Assembly: GCA_964035575.1 (NCBI GenBank)
Contig: OZ037840.1
Coordinates: 930,001 to 994,000 of the forward strand
Length of the DNA stretch: 64,000 nucleotides
Origin: Rhynchopus sp. YZ270_cl-10
Lineage: Eukaryota
Direction: 5' to 3'
The notes under the pieces are model-generated. The model ran no database searches. It saw only the letters and a program-made list of their open reading frames with translations, and was not told where the DNA came from. Of the stretch, positions 21,261 to 32,795 are shown piece after piece. Position 1 is the first letter of the stretch; every line of letters starts with the position of its first letter. The translations under genes and the position numbers were made by a program.

Positions 21261-21820
21261 ATGGGGTGGCTTGAGGGCGTGGTGTCGCTGGATGGGACGC
21301 TTGACAAGAATGAGCGTAAGAAGCGGATGCTGTTTTTGCTGTTCATGTCTGTGTCGTCGGTATTTTTCCTGGTGTATATTGGGTTGTTTGTACATGTCAG
21401 CTACGGCACTGCGGTACGTGCTGTCGCGATGGGTGCGCTCTTCATCGAGATAGTGGTCACCATGTACGTCATACTGCATGTCTGCTGCAAACGTCCGCTT
21501 GTGGAGCGACTCATTCTGTGGATAGGCATTACCATGTCCTTAACAGTGTTCTGCACGGACCTGACGGCGAGGACCGTATCGCAAAGCAGGTGGCCTGCTC
21601 TTGTGCTTGTGGTGGACTTCTTCCTTGTGATGCAGGTGAATGATCGGATTGTATCCATACTCGTGGTGACGACCATATGCTACCTTGTCGTCATGGCGTT
21701 CGAAGACGTCTTCAGGTTCGGAATCTTCGATCTGCCAGGCCTCATCCCACAGGAGGGTGCGTTAGGGAGGAAGGAACACCTGCGTATGATGACAGACTGC
21801 TCGACCCCTCCCTGTGCCGT
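21261..21820 (+). pseudogene. Adenylate cyclase copy 2, truncated within the TM region
   Basis: Homologous to copy 1 up to CSTPPCAV, then joined abruptly to a hairpin element at 21821. No cyclase domain follows. Confidence 0.88.
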
Positions 21821-21910
21821 GAACCATGTTTCAAAAGGGTACCAGTACTTAGTACCTTGGGTGGGAAAACCCTTGGTACGAGTTCCTTGACACTTTTTGA
21901 AACATGGTTC
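21821..21910. mobile_element. 90-bp hairpin MITE
   Basis: 16-bp TIRs GAACCATGTTTCAAAA/TTTTGAAACATGGTTC; TA only on the right side. Confidence 0.65.
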
Positions 21911-22277
21911 TAAGTTCCACCAAGTCCCTCTAAACCCCCCGAAACAGCCTGGGTACCCCTCGGGATAGGTTCTGGGGTGAAAATATGTGGCTTTGGGGCT
22001 TTTCTGGCCCCTGGCTCACACTGAGGCGTGATGGATGTGTGAGTTGCTCTACCTACAGGGGGTGGGCAGGTACAAGTTGTGTGTACATTTTTGAAAAAAG
22101 CAGATACGGGGCTTCTTGAGGCTCAAAACTGCTCAAAACCGGGCGCAGATGGATTTTTGGACATCTGAGGGTGGTATTTTCTGGTTTTGGTCATTTTTTA
22201 GCACTTAGAAACCAAAACTCGATTTTTATCATTTTGTTATCGCTTTTTGGGGGCTTTTGACCCCCCCTACCCCCCCC

Positions 22278-23841
22278 TAGGGGCCGCAGTCCCCTAAGGA
22301 AATTGTGTAAGATTAATTCATTTTGCCACTTTTTGGCGTATAATGGCCACAACCTGCAGGGAACCACCCCAAAATAGGTCAGAAACACCCTGTGAGGCAA
22401 AATTGGGTGAAAATTTGACTCTAGAATGTGAAAAAATGGGAAAAAATAGCAAAAAACTGGCTTTTTGGGGGTTTTGGCCATTTTGACCAAAACCCCGATT
22501 TTTCATGAAAAAAACATAAAAAAACACCAAATTCGATGTTTCAGAGAGTCATTTAAGCCCTATTTTGCCCCAAAAATGTGTCTTGAGTCCATTCTCGCCT
22601 GTTTTTCACATTTTTACGCCTTTTCTTTGGTGAATTTGGCCAAAATTTGGTCAAAATGACCCCCTGTCCACCCCCTGTGTACCCCCTGTCCAAGGCCAGG
22701 ATTTTTCCCCTGGCCATCACATAAAGTAGGGTATGGTTCAAATTTTGGTACGTACCCCCCCAAAAAATGGTCTGCGGACCCAACGGAACCGGTTTTTTAC
22801 CCTTTGGAGGCCTCTGGCGGCCCTAATTTGGCATTTTTTAGCCCAAAACCGACCCTACCCCCCTCTCTGGGGAGGAGGGCAATTTTTGACTCATTTTCCC
22901 TATTTCTAGTGCTTCTAAGTCCTCCAAAGGGTAAAAAACCGGTTCCGTTGGGTCCGCAGACCATTTTTTGGGGGGGTACGTACCAAAATTTGAACCATAC
23001 CCTACTTTATGTGATGGCCAGGGGAAAAATCCTGGCCTTGGACAGGGGGTACAGGGGGTGGACAGGGGGTCATTTTGACCTCAAAACACCAAAAAGCGGC
23101 CAAAAAAAGTACCCAAAGTGTCCAAAACAGGTCGGAATGGACTCACAGGACATCCCTGGGGTAGTTTTGTGTCCAGGCAGCTGTCATGATGTCGAAATTT
23201 TACAAATTTTTTTGAAAATTTGGTCAAAAATGGTCGTTTGTCCCAAAATGGCCCAAATGGCCGATTTGTGCTTCAGGCCTTGGCGAGGCCGACTCGGCCT
23301 CGTTGCATTGTATGAAAAAAGGACACATTTTTGCCATACTATACATATTTTTTTGGTTCCTCCCATTTTTTGTGCAATTTTTCGTGTTTTTTTGCATTTT
23401 TTTTGCATTTTTTTGACCAAAACTTAGCGAAACTTAGTGAAACTTAGCAAAACTTAGTGAAACTGAGTGAAAATTTGCTGAAAATAACCCCAACAAAACC
23501 ATTTCTTGAGCGGAATACCCCCCTGTATGGGTAATTGTGGTTGAAAATAGGTGCCTAGAACATGTTCTGAGTGGTTTTGGGGGTGAAATAGCCCCAAATA
23601 CCCCCACAAAGCAAAAAATATGCCAAAATTGGCCATTTTGCCCCAAATGGCCAAAAGGGCTGAAAATCCTATTTTTTCACACTTTTTTCACTTTCTGAGG
23701 TGCCAAACCATGAAATTCTGGGTCACACTGCCCTGGAAACCTATTTTGGGTGTCAGACACACCCTGAGGTGCCCACTAGATGCCCAAAAAATGGCAAAAT
23801 AATTAATCTTACACGATTTCCTTAGGGGACTGCGGCCCCTA
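22278..23841. mobile_element. TAGGGG-ended TIR element (hAT-like) inserted in a C run
   Basis: TIRs TAGGGGCCGCAGTCCCCTAAGGAAAT../..ATTTCCTTAGGGGACTGCGGCCCCTA, with C8 on the left and C12 on the right. Internal ~160-bp inverted repeat 22649-22810 / 22921-23080. Confidence 0.8.
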
Positions 23842-24339
23842 CCCCCCCCCCCCGCCTTGAAATTGTCCGTCGGGGCAAAATACCGGTTTTTGGGGGGTGG
23901 ACAATTTCACGGGGGAGGGTCGGTAGAAACAATACAAAAGAAGTGCAAAAATTACACTTTATTTTTCGATTTAGCCACACCATTTTGATAATGTTATCAG
24001 TTTTGTTAATTACACAGTGCAACATTTGAGTGAAGCTCAAAGCATGCACATACAGTGAATGAAATGTGATCCAAGACATACTACAGTATTCCCCCTCTCC
24101 TCTTTTCCCAACACTCCTTGCTCTTTCTGCCTGCACATGGCACTTCTGCATAGACCCTGCTGTCACTGTGCTTTCGTGACAAAGCAGTGCTGGCATGCCA
24201 CGTCTCTCCTTCAGGAGGCCGCTCGGTAGGTCATTTGGCATTATTTACATGGGAGAGGAAGGAGCGTCGTGCGCTCTGTACATGAGTGTGATGGTAAACG
24301 AGACAATCACTTTATACACATTCAGGATACACAGACAAA

Positions 24340-26475
24340 ATGGGGTGGCTTGAGGGCGTGGTGTCGCTGGATGGGACGCTTGACAAGAATGAGCGTAAGA
24401 AGCGGACGCTGTTCTTGCTGTTCATGTCTGTGTCGTCGGTATTTTTCCTGGTGTATATGGCGTTGTTCATCTATGTCAGCTACAGTACTGAGCTGCGTGC
24501 GATTCTGATGAGTGCGATCGTTATCGAGATAGTTGTGACCATATACGTCGTGATTCATGTCTGCTGCAAACGTCCGCTTGTGGAGCGACTCATTCTGTGT
24601 ACAGGTATTAGCATGTCCTTAACAGTGTTGTGCTCGGACCTGACGGCGAGGACAATATCGCAAACCAGGTGGCCTGCTCTTGTGCTTGTGGCAGACTTCT
24701 TCCTTGTGATGCAGGTGAATGATCGGATTGTGTCCATACTCGTGGTGACGACCATATGCTACCTTGTCGTCATGGCGTTCGAAGACGTCTTCAGGTTCGG
24801 AATCTTCGATCTGCCAGGCCTCATCCCACAGGAGGGTGCGTTAGGGAGGAAGGAACACCTGCGTAGGATGACAGACTGCTCGACCCCTCCCTGTGCCCTG
24901 TCGGCGACAGAGGCCAGTGAGAACATTCTCTTGTCGCTACTTGTATTTATTGTAGACTTCATCACAACCAGAGGCTTTGCTCGGAGTATCCTGAAGGAGC
25001 AGGCAGCAATGGAGAGAACGATCAGTGTGGTGCAGGAGATTGCGAGTCTGCTTGCCAAGTACGATGTGGAAGGTGTGGCGGAGATGCTGAAGGTGCAAAG
25101 GGACGAGCTCCCAGAGGAGATGCACGCAACACTGCAGAGGATGGAGGAGAACCTGCGGAAGTACCGTCCCTACCTCCCTGCAGCGCTGTTTGAGGAGGAG
25201 GGTGGTGCGCCAAGCGCGTCTGTGCCGCCACCTGTGCTTGAGAACGACACGCGAACGATTGTCTTTACAGACATCCGTTCGTCGACATCGATCTGGGAGT
25301 GTGCGCCAGAAGGGATGTGTGCTGCGTTGAAGATCCACAACGCTGTGCTGCGTGAGGTGATGCAGGTGTTTGGTGGGTACGAAGTGAAGACAATCGGCGA
25401 CGCCTTCATGGTTGCCTTCGCATCAACAGCTGACGGTGTGCACTTTGGCCTGAAGGTGCAGGAACGTCTTCGTGAAGCAAACTGGCCTGCGTCGCTGCTT
25501 GAGGAGGCACCGATCTGTGCTGAACAGGGACCACTTTGGGGTGGACTGACTGTGCGCATTGGTGTGAACAGTGGTCCTGTGACTGTGGAGCAGTGCTCTC
25601 TGACGGGACGGACAGACTACTTCGGACACACTGTGAACGTTGCGTCACGTCTTGAGAGCACATGCACGCCAGGAGCTGTAGCAATACTTTCTGACCTGTG
25701 GACTTCTGTCTGTGGGTTGTGCAGTGCTGTTGCTGGTGAGGTTGAAGCACTTGACTTGAAGGGTGTGTCACAGCCAATGCGTGTGCGTTGCTTGTGGCCT
25801 GCTCCACTTGCGGGGCGAGCACACAACCCTCTTGCTGATGTGGACATGTCTGCACACTCAGTGGCCATGTCTATAGGTGGATGCGGGATGTCAGTGAAGT
25901 CACTTGGGTCATCATCTCGTAGCTCGCAGGGGTCAGAGTGTGCATCTCCCATGCTGCGCACACAGCTGTGCCAAGTGATCGGCACTGTCGGTGTTGTGGA
26001 CATTGAAGTGGGTGACGAATCTGCCCTGAAAGCACTGCACACAATGAACGCAGGACTTGCAACACTCACGATTGCCCTGGAGCAGAGCGGTGGGAGCCTG
26101 GTGACACTGCTTGGGAGCTGTGTGTGCGTTGGGTGGAACGTGACCCGTTCGGCACCTGCACACATGGAGAACGCGGTGCGGTTTGCACAACGGATGATGG
26201 CGAAGACTGCGTACTTCAAGGGTGCTGGTGTTGTGAGTGGTCCTGTGCAGCACGGGGACATTGGCAGCCACAAACAACGCTTTGTGACAGTGTTGGGGCA
26301 CATTGTGCGACGGAGCTGGACGCTGTGTGAAGAAGCTGTGCGTGAGGGGGGCACATGCCTTTACGAACCCGACAGCACAACACTGCCATCTGCACTTGAA
26401 GACACTCTTGTGCAACACAAGAGTGGTGGCTACAGAGTGGTTCAGGAGAGCAGGGACAGAGTGGAGTGCATTTGA
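24340..26475 (+). CDS. Membrane adenylate cyclase copy 3 (711 aa)
   Basis: Same TM + cyclase + degenerate cyclase architecture with intact catalytic motifs. Confidence 0.92.
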   Translation: MGWLEGVVSLDGTLDKNERKKRTLFLLFMSVSSVFFLVYMALFIYVSYSTELRAILMSAIVIEIVVTIYVVIHVCCKRPLVERLILCTGISMSLTVLCSDLTARTISQTRWPALVLVADFFLVMQVNDRIVSILVVTTICYLVVMAFEDVFRFGIFDLPGLIPQEGALGRKEHLRRMTDCSTPPCALSATEASENILLSLLVFIVDFITTRGFARSILKEQAAMERTISVVQEIASLLAKYDVEGVAEMLKVQRDELPEEMHATLQRMEENLRKYRPYLPAALFEEEGGAPSASVPPPVLENDTRTIVFTDIRSSTSIWECAPEGMCAALKIHNAVLREVMQVFGGYEVKTIGDAFMVAFASTADGVHFGLKVQERLREANWPASLLEEAPICAEQGPLWGGLTVRIGVNSGPVTVEQCSLTGRTDYFGHTVNVASRLESTCTPGAVAILSDLWTSVCGLCSAVAGEVEALDLKGVSQPMRVRCLWPAPLAGRAHNPLADVDMSAHSVAMSIGGCGMSVKSLGSSSRSSQGSECASPMLRTQLCQVIGTVGVVDIEVGDESALKALHTMNAGLATLTIALEQSGGSLVTLLGSCVCVGWNVTRSAPAHMENAVRFAQRMMAKTAYFKGAGVVSGPVQHGDIGSHKQRFVTVLGHIVRRSWTLCEEAVREGGTCLYEPDSTTLPSALEDTLVQHKSGGYRVVQESRDRVECI

Positions 26476-26763
26476 TGACAGTTGCACAATATCAGTTTGG
26501 TTTTGATTTTGTTATTTGTCCTCTTTATTACACAGTGCAGCATTTGAGTGAAGCTCAAAGCATGCACATAAAATGAATGGAATAAGCTCCGAGACATACT
26601 CCAGTGTTCCCCCTTCCCTCTTTTCCGAACACTCCTTGCTCTTTCTGCCTGCACATGGGACTTCTTCGTCGACCCTGCTCTGATTGTTCTTTCGTGACAA
26701 AGCAGTACTGTCATACCTAGTAAACGACAATCACTTTATACACATTCAGGATACACAGACAAA

Positions 26764-28890
26764 ATGGGGTGGCTTGAGGGCGTGGTGTCGCTGGATGGGA
26801 CGCTTAACAAGAATGAGCGCAAGAAGCGGATGCTGTTCTTGCTGTTCATGTCTGTGTCATCCGTATTTCTCGTGGTGTACATTGGGATACTGATCAACGA
26901 CAGTGCGGTGCGTGCCTTCACGATGGGCGCGCTCTTCATTCAAATAGTTGTGAGCATATACGTCATCCTCCAGGTCTTTCGCAAACGTCCGCTTGTGGAG
27001 AGACTCATTTTGTGGGTAGGCTTCACCATGTCACTTACACTGCTGTGCACGGACGTGACCGCTAGGACAATATCGCAAACCAGGTGGCCCTGTCTTGTGC
27101 TTGTGGCAGATTTCTTCCTTGTGTTGCAGGTGAATGATCGGATTGTATCCATACTCGTGTTGACTACCATATGCTACCTTGTCGTCATGGCGTTCGAAGA
27201 CGTCTTCAGGTTCGGAATCTTCGATCTGCCAGGCCTCATCCCACAGGAGGGTGCGTCGGGAAGGAAGGAACATCTGCGTAGGATGACAGACTGCTCGACC
27301 CCACCCTGTGCCGTGTCGGCGAACCTGGCCGCTGAGAATCTTATGTTGTCACTTGTTGTTTTTATTGTAGACTTCCTCGCAACCAGAGGCTTCGCTCGGA
27401 GCATCCTGAAGGAGCAGGCAGCAATGGAGAGGACGATCAGTGTGGTGCAGGAGATTGCGAGTCTGCTTGCCAAGTACGATGTGGAGGGTGTGACGGAGAT
27501 GCTGAAGGTGCAAAGGGACGAGCTCCCAGAGGAGATGCACGCAACACTGCAGAGGATGGAGGAGAACCTGCGGAAGTACCGTCCCTACCTCCCTGCAGCG
27601 CTGTTTGAGGAGGAGGGTGGTGCGCCAAGCGCGTCTGTGCCGCCACCTGTGCTTGAGAACGACGTGGGAACGATTGTCTTTACAGACATCCGTTCGTCGA
27701 CGTCGATCTGGGAGTGTGCGCCAGAAGGGATGTGTGCTGGGCTGAAGATCCACAACGCTGTGCTGCGTGAGGTGATGCAGGTGTTTGGTGGGTACGAAGT
27801 GAAGACAATCGGCGACGCCTTCATGGTTGCCTTCGCATCAACAGCTGACGGTGTGAACTTTGGCCTGAAGGTGCAGGAACGTCTTCGTGAAGCAAACTGG
27901 CCTGCGTCGCTGCTTGAGGAGGCACCGATCTGTGCTGAACAGGGCTCACTTTGGGGTGGACTGACTGTGCGCATTGGTGTGAACAGTGGTCCTGTGACTG
28001 TGGAGCAGAACACACTGACGGGACGGACAGACTACTTTGGACACACGGTGAACGTTGCGTCACGTCTTGAGAGCACATGCACGCCAGGAGCTGTAGTAGT
28101 GCCTTGTGACCTGTGGACTTCTGTCTGTGGGTTGTGCACTGCTGTTGCTGGTGAGACTGAAGCACTTGACTTGGTGGGTGTGTCACAGGCAATGCGTGTG
28201 CGTTGCTTGTGGCCTGCTTCACTTGCGCGTCGAGCACACAACCCTCTTGCTGATGTGGACATGCGTGCACACTCAGTGGCCATGTCTATCAAGGGATGCG
28301 GGATGTCAGTGAAGTCACTGGGGTCATCGCCACGGAGCTCGCAGGGGTCAGAGTGCGCATCTCCCATGCTGCGCACACAGCTGTGCCAAGTGATCGGCAC
28401 TGTCGGTGTTGTGGACATTGAAGTGGGTGACGAATCTGCCCTGAAAGCACTGTACACAATGAACGCAGGACTTGCAACACTCACGATTGCCCTGGAGCAG
28501 AGCGGTGGGAGCCTGGTGACACTGCTTGGGAGCTGTGTGTGCGTTGGGTGGAACGTGACCCGTTCGGCACCTGCACACATGGAGAACGCAGTGCGGTTTG
28601 CACAACGGATGATGGCGAAGACTGCGTACTTCAAGGGTGCTGGTGTTGTGAGTGGTCCTGTGCAGCACGGGGACATTGGCAGCCACAAACAACGCTTTGT
28701 GACAGTGTTGGGGCACATTGTGCGACGGAGCTGGACGCTGTGTGAAGAAGCTGTGCGTGAGGGGGGCACATGCCTTTACGAACCCGACAGCACAACACTG
28801 CCATCTGCACTTGAAGACACTCTTGTGCAACACAAGAGTGGTGGCTACAGAGTGGTTCAGGAGAGCAGGGACAGAGTGGAGTGCATTTGA
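26764..28890 (+). CDS. Membrane adenylate cyclase copy 4 (708 aa)
   Basis: As copy 1; intact ORF and catalytic motifs. Confidence 0.92.
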   Translation: MGWLEGVVSLDGTLNKNERKKRMLFLLFMSVSSVFLVVYIGILINDSAVRAFTMGALFIQIVVSIYVILQVFRKRPLVERLILWVGFTMSLTLLCTDVTARTISQTRWPCLVLVADFFLVLQVNDRIVSILVLTTICYLVVMAFEDVFRFGIFDLPGLIPQEGASGRKEHLRRMTDCSTPPCAVSANLAAENLMLSLVVFIVDFLATRGFARSILKEQAAMERTISVVQEIASLLAKYDVEGVTEMLKVQRDELPEEMHATLQRMEENLRKYRPYLPAALFEEEGGAPSASVPPPVLENDVGTIVFTDIRSSTSIWECAPEGMCAGLKIHNAVLREVMQVFGGYEVKTIGDAFMVAFASTADGVNFGLKVQERLREANWPASLLEEAPICAEQGSLWGGLTVRIGVNSGPVTVEQNTLTGRTDYFGHTVNVASRLESTCTPGAVVVPCDLWTSVCGLCTAVAGETEALDLVGVSQAMRVRCLWPASLARRAHNPLADVDMRAHSVAMSIKGCGMSVKSLGSSPRSSQGSECASPMLRTQLCQVIGTVGVVDIEVGDESALKALYTMNAGLATLTIALEQSGGSLVTLLGSCVCVGWNVTRSAPAHMENAVRFAQRMMAKTAYFKGAGVVSGPVQHGDIGSHKQRFVTVLGHIVRRSWTLCEEAVREGGTCLYEPDSTTLPSALEDTLVQHKSGGYRVVQESRDRVECI

Positions 28891-29542
28891 TGGATAGTTG
28901 CACTATATCAGTTTGGTTTTGACTATGTTATTATGGTATTAGTTTTCTTAATTACACAGTCACGTCAGTGAACTATTTGAGTGAAGCTCAAAGCATGCCC
29001 AACTACAGTATTCCCCCTTCCCTCTTTTCCGATCTCTCTTTGCGCTTTCTGCCTGCACATGGCACTTCGTCAGAGACCCTACTGTGGGTTTTCCTTGGTT
29101 CTGAGGCTGTTGTTTGTCCTGGGCTGGACTTTAAATTGCATCCGGGTCCGTTCCTCCAGAAACTCTATGAAGGTGTTGACCGCTCGAACCGATGTCTGCT
29201 ACCTGAGAGAATACAAAACAGGAGGCGAGGAGGGGTATGCGGGGCGTTTTTGTGCCTTCAGGCTATTTTTGATTTTCAGCCACCCCCTCTCTCTTATCAC
29301 CAATGAAGAGCCTTTGTGTTTCTGTTGGGATATTCGGGACTTCCCCTAGTCCTCAGGGTGCTAAACGCCCCTGCCCTCTGTTCTGCTAATTCACCCTGGC
29401 AGGGTATATAGAGGCTGGATCCCAATGCTATGATGGGGTGCTCTCACCGGGAACATAAATGGTCAGGGTCGCTCTGCGGAGTTGCTGTGCCGGCTAGTAA
29501 ACGAGACAATCACTTTATACACATTCAGGATACACAGACAAA

Positions 29543-31666
29543 ATGGGGTGGCTTGAGGGCGTGGTGTCGCTGGATGGGACGCTTGACAAGAATGAGCGTA
29601 AGAAGCGGATGCTGTTCTTGTTGTTCATGTCTGTGTCGTCGACATTTATCCTGCTGTATATAGGGATATTAATCAACCACACTGTGGTGCGTGCGTTCGA
29701 GTTGGGTGCGCTCTTCATCGAGGTAGCTTGGAACATATACGTTGTGATACATGTCTGCTGCAAACGTCCGCTTGTGGAGAGACTCATTTTGTGCACAGGT
29801 ATTAGCATGTCATTTACACTGCTGTGCACGGACCTGACGGCGAGGACAATATCGCAAACCAGGTGGCCCTGTCTTGTGCTTGTGGCAGACTTCTTCCTCG
29901 TGATGCAGGTGAATGATCGGATTGTGTCCATACTTGCGGTGACGACCATATGCTACCTTGTCGTCATGGCGTTCGAAGACGTCTTCAGGTTCGGAATCTT
30001 CGATCTGCCAGGCCTCATCCCACAGGAGGGTGCGTTTGGAAGGAAGGAACACCTGCGTAGGATGACAGACTGCTCGACCCCTCCCTGTGCCGTGTCGGCG
30101 AACGTGGCCTCTGATGAGCTTATGATGTCAGTTGTTGTATTTCTTCTCGACTTTCTCGCAACCAGAGGCTTCGCTCGGAGTATCCTGAAGGAGCAGGCAG
30201 CAATGGAGAGGACGATCAGTGTGGTGCAGGAGATTGCGAGTCTGCTTGCCAAGTACGATGTGGAGGGTGTGGCGGAGATGCTGAAGGTGCAAAGGGACGA
30301 GCTCCCAGAGGAGATGCACGCAACACTGCAGAGGATGGAGGAGAACCTGCGGAAGTACCGTCCCTACCTCCCTGCAGCGCTGTTTGAGGAGGAGGGTGGT
30401 GCGCCAAGCGCGTCTGTGCCGCCACCTGTGCTTGAGAACGACGTGGGAACGATTGTCTTTACAGACATCCGTTCGTCGACATCGATCTGGGAGTGTGCGC
30501 CAGAAGGGATGTGTGCTGGGCTGAAGATCCACAACGCTGTGCTGCGTGAGGTGATGCAGGTGTTTGGTGGGTACGAAGTGAAGACAATCGGCGACGCCTT
30601 CATGGTTGCCTTCGCATCAACAGCTGACGGTGTGAACTTTGGCCTGAAGGTGCAGGAACGTCTTCGTGAAGCAAACTGGCCTGCGTCGCTGCTTGAGGAG
30701 GCACCGATCTGTGCTGAACAGGGACCACTTTGGGGTGGACTGACTGTGCGCATTGGTGTGAACAGTGGTCCTGTGACTGTGGAGCAGAACACACTGACGG
30801 GACGGACAGACTACTTTGGACACACGGTGAACGTTGCGTCACGTCTTGAGAGCACATGCACGCCAGGAGCTGTAGTAGTGCCTTGTGACATGTGGACTTC
30901 TGTCTGTGGGTTGTGCACTGCTGTTGCTAGTGAGGCTGAAGCACTTGACTTGGTGGGTGTGTCACAGGCAATGCGTGTGCGTTGCTTGTGGCCTGCTTCA
31001 CTTGCGGGGCGAGCACACAACCCTCTTGCTGATGTGGACATGCGTGCACACTCAGTGACCATATCTATCAAGGGATGCGGGATGTCAGTGAAGTCACTGG
31101 GGTCATCACCTCGTAGCTCACTGGGGTCAGACACATCTCCCAAGCTGCGCACACAGCTGTGCCAAGTGATCGGCACTGTCGGTGTTGTGGACATTGAAGT
31201 GGGTGACGAATCTGCCCTGAAAGCACTGTACACAATGAACGCAGGACTTGCAACACTCACGATTGCCCTGGAGCAGAGCGGTGGGAGCCTGGTGACACTG
31301 CTTGGGAGCTGTGTGTGCGTTGGGTGGAACGTGACCCGTTCGGCACCTGCACACATGGAGAACGCAGTGCGGTTTGCACAACGGATGATGGCGAAGACTG
31401 CGTACTTCAAGGGTGCTGGTGTTGTGAGTGGTCCTGTGCAGCACGGGGACATTGGCAGCCACAAACAACGCTTTGTGACAGTGTTGGGGCACATTGTGCG
31501 ACGGAGCTGGACGCTGTGTGAAGAAGCTGTGCGTGAGGGGGGCACATGCCTTTACGAACCCGACAGCACAACACTGCCATCTGCACTTGAAGACACTCTT
31601 GTGCAACACAAGAGTGGTGGCTACAGAGTGGTTCAGGAGAGCAGGGACAGAGTGGAGTGCATTTGA
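29543..31666 (+). CDS. Membrane adenylate cyclase copy 5 (707 aa)
   Basis: As copy 1; intact ORF and catalytic motifs. Confidence 0.92.
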   Translation: MGWLEGVVSLDGTLDKNERKKRMLFLLFMSVSSTFILLYIGILINHTVVRAFELGALFIEVAWNIYVVIHVCCKRPLVERLILCTGISMSFTLLCTDLTARTISQTRWPCLVLVADFFLVMQVNDRIVSILAVTTICYLVVMAFEDVFRFGIFDLPGLIPQEGAFGRKEHLRRMTDCSTPPCAVSANVASDELMMSVVVFLLDFLATRGFARSILKEQAAMERTISVVQEIASLLAKYDVEGVAEMLKVQRDELPEEMHATLQRMEENLRKYRPYLPAALFEEEGGAPSASVPPPVLENDVGTIVFTDIRSSTSIWECAPEGMCAGLKIHNAVLREVMQVFGGYEVKTIGDAFMVAFASTADGVNFGLKVQERLREANWPASLLEEAPICAEQGPLWGGLTVRIGVNSGPVTVEQNTLTGRTDYFGHTVNVASRLESTCTPGAVVVPCDMWTSVCGLCTAVASEAEALDLVGVSQAMRVRCLWPASLAGRAHNPLADVDMRAHSVTISIKGCGMSVKSLGSSPRSSLGSDTSPKLRTQLCQVIGTVGVVDIEVGDESALKALYTMNAGLATLTIALEQSGGSLVTLLGSCVCVGWNVTRSAPAHMENAVRFAQRMMAKTAYFKGAGVVSGPVQHGDIGSHKQRFVTVLGHIVRRSWTLCEEAVREGGTCLYEPDSTTLPSALEDTLVQHKSGGYRVVQESRDRVECI

Positions 31667-32795
31667 TGGATAGTTGCACTATATCAGTTTGGTGTTGAGG
31701 TGGACTTCAGCGATAAATGCCCCTTATGCCTCGTACAGGTTACATGACACACACCACCTACTGTAGCACTGCATAACAGTGCACACACCGGCGTTCACTG
31801 CACTACATGCGTCGGCCATCAGCCTCTATGGCAACGGGCTACCCACCTGCTTTGTGCTGCACGGCATTGTGCCCTCCAATGTGAGCAAGTTAACGGTGAA
31901 GGCGGTACAGTCTCTTCTCCTCGATGCCGTCACCACGATCGACACGACCCTCTCAAATCCAGCGGATGTGGCCCCGGCCGTGCACCCTTTTGGGATCTCA
32001 CATTTGCTGTGTCGCTAAACGGGATACCCCACTTGCGCGCTTATGTGACCAATTTGCAACCTAGTTTTTCCTCCAGCTATAGGGAGGCGTTCACTGAAAG
32101 CTTTCCTGTGGTGGGTGATTGCGCCAGAGTGGAGCAAAGAACTCCGCGATGTGTCGTGTGTCGAGCCCGCGGTCGACTTCGAATTGCGCACAAATTTCTT
32201 CCTCGCCAAACAGACCTCTAACATCCGCGAGCGTGGGCGGGCCATGCAAAGGCTCATCGTCAAGGCTAACCGTGCGCCATTCCCTGGTGTGAAGAGGGAT
32301 CGTGTGCACTCCCTCCGTTCCGTCGGCGCCCACTGCTTACAGTTTCGCTGTAAACCACTCCCAAGCGCAACACCGGGTTCGATAACCCGCGGAGTGTCAG
32401 TGCCTGCGTCCCAGAGGCGTTTGCACTGTCAACTTCACTTTTGATTCTGTTATTAGTTCTGTTAATTACACAGTGCAACATTTGAGTGAAGCTCAAAGCA
32501 TGCACATAAAATGAATGAAATGAGATCCAAGACATACTACAGTATCTCCCCTCCCCTCTTTTCCGAACACTCCTTGCTCTTTCTGCCTGCACATGGCACT
32601 TCTGCATAGACCCTGCTGTGTCTGTTCTTTCGTGACAAAGCAGTGCTGGCATGCCACGTCTCTCCTTCAGGAGGCCGCTCGGTAGGTCATTTGGCATTAT
32701 TTACATGGGAGAGGAAGGAGCGTCGTGCGCTCTGTACATGAGTGTGATGGTAAACGAGACAATCACTTTATACACATTCAGGATACACAGACAAA

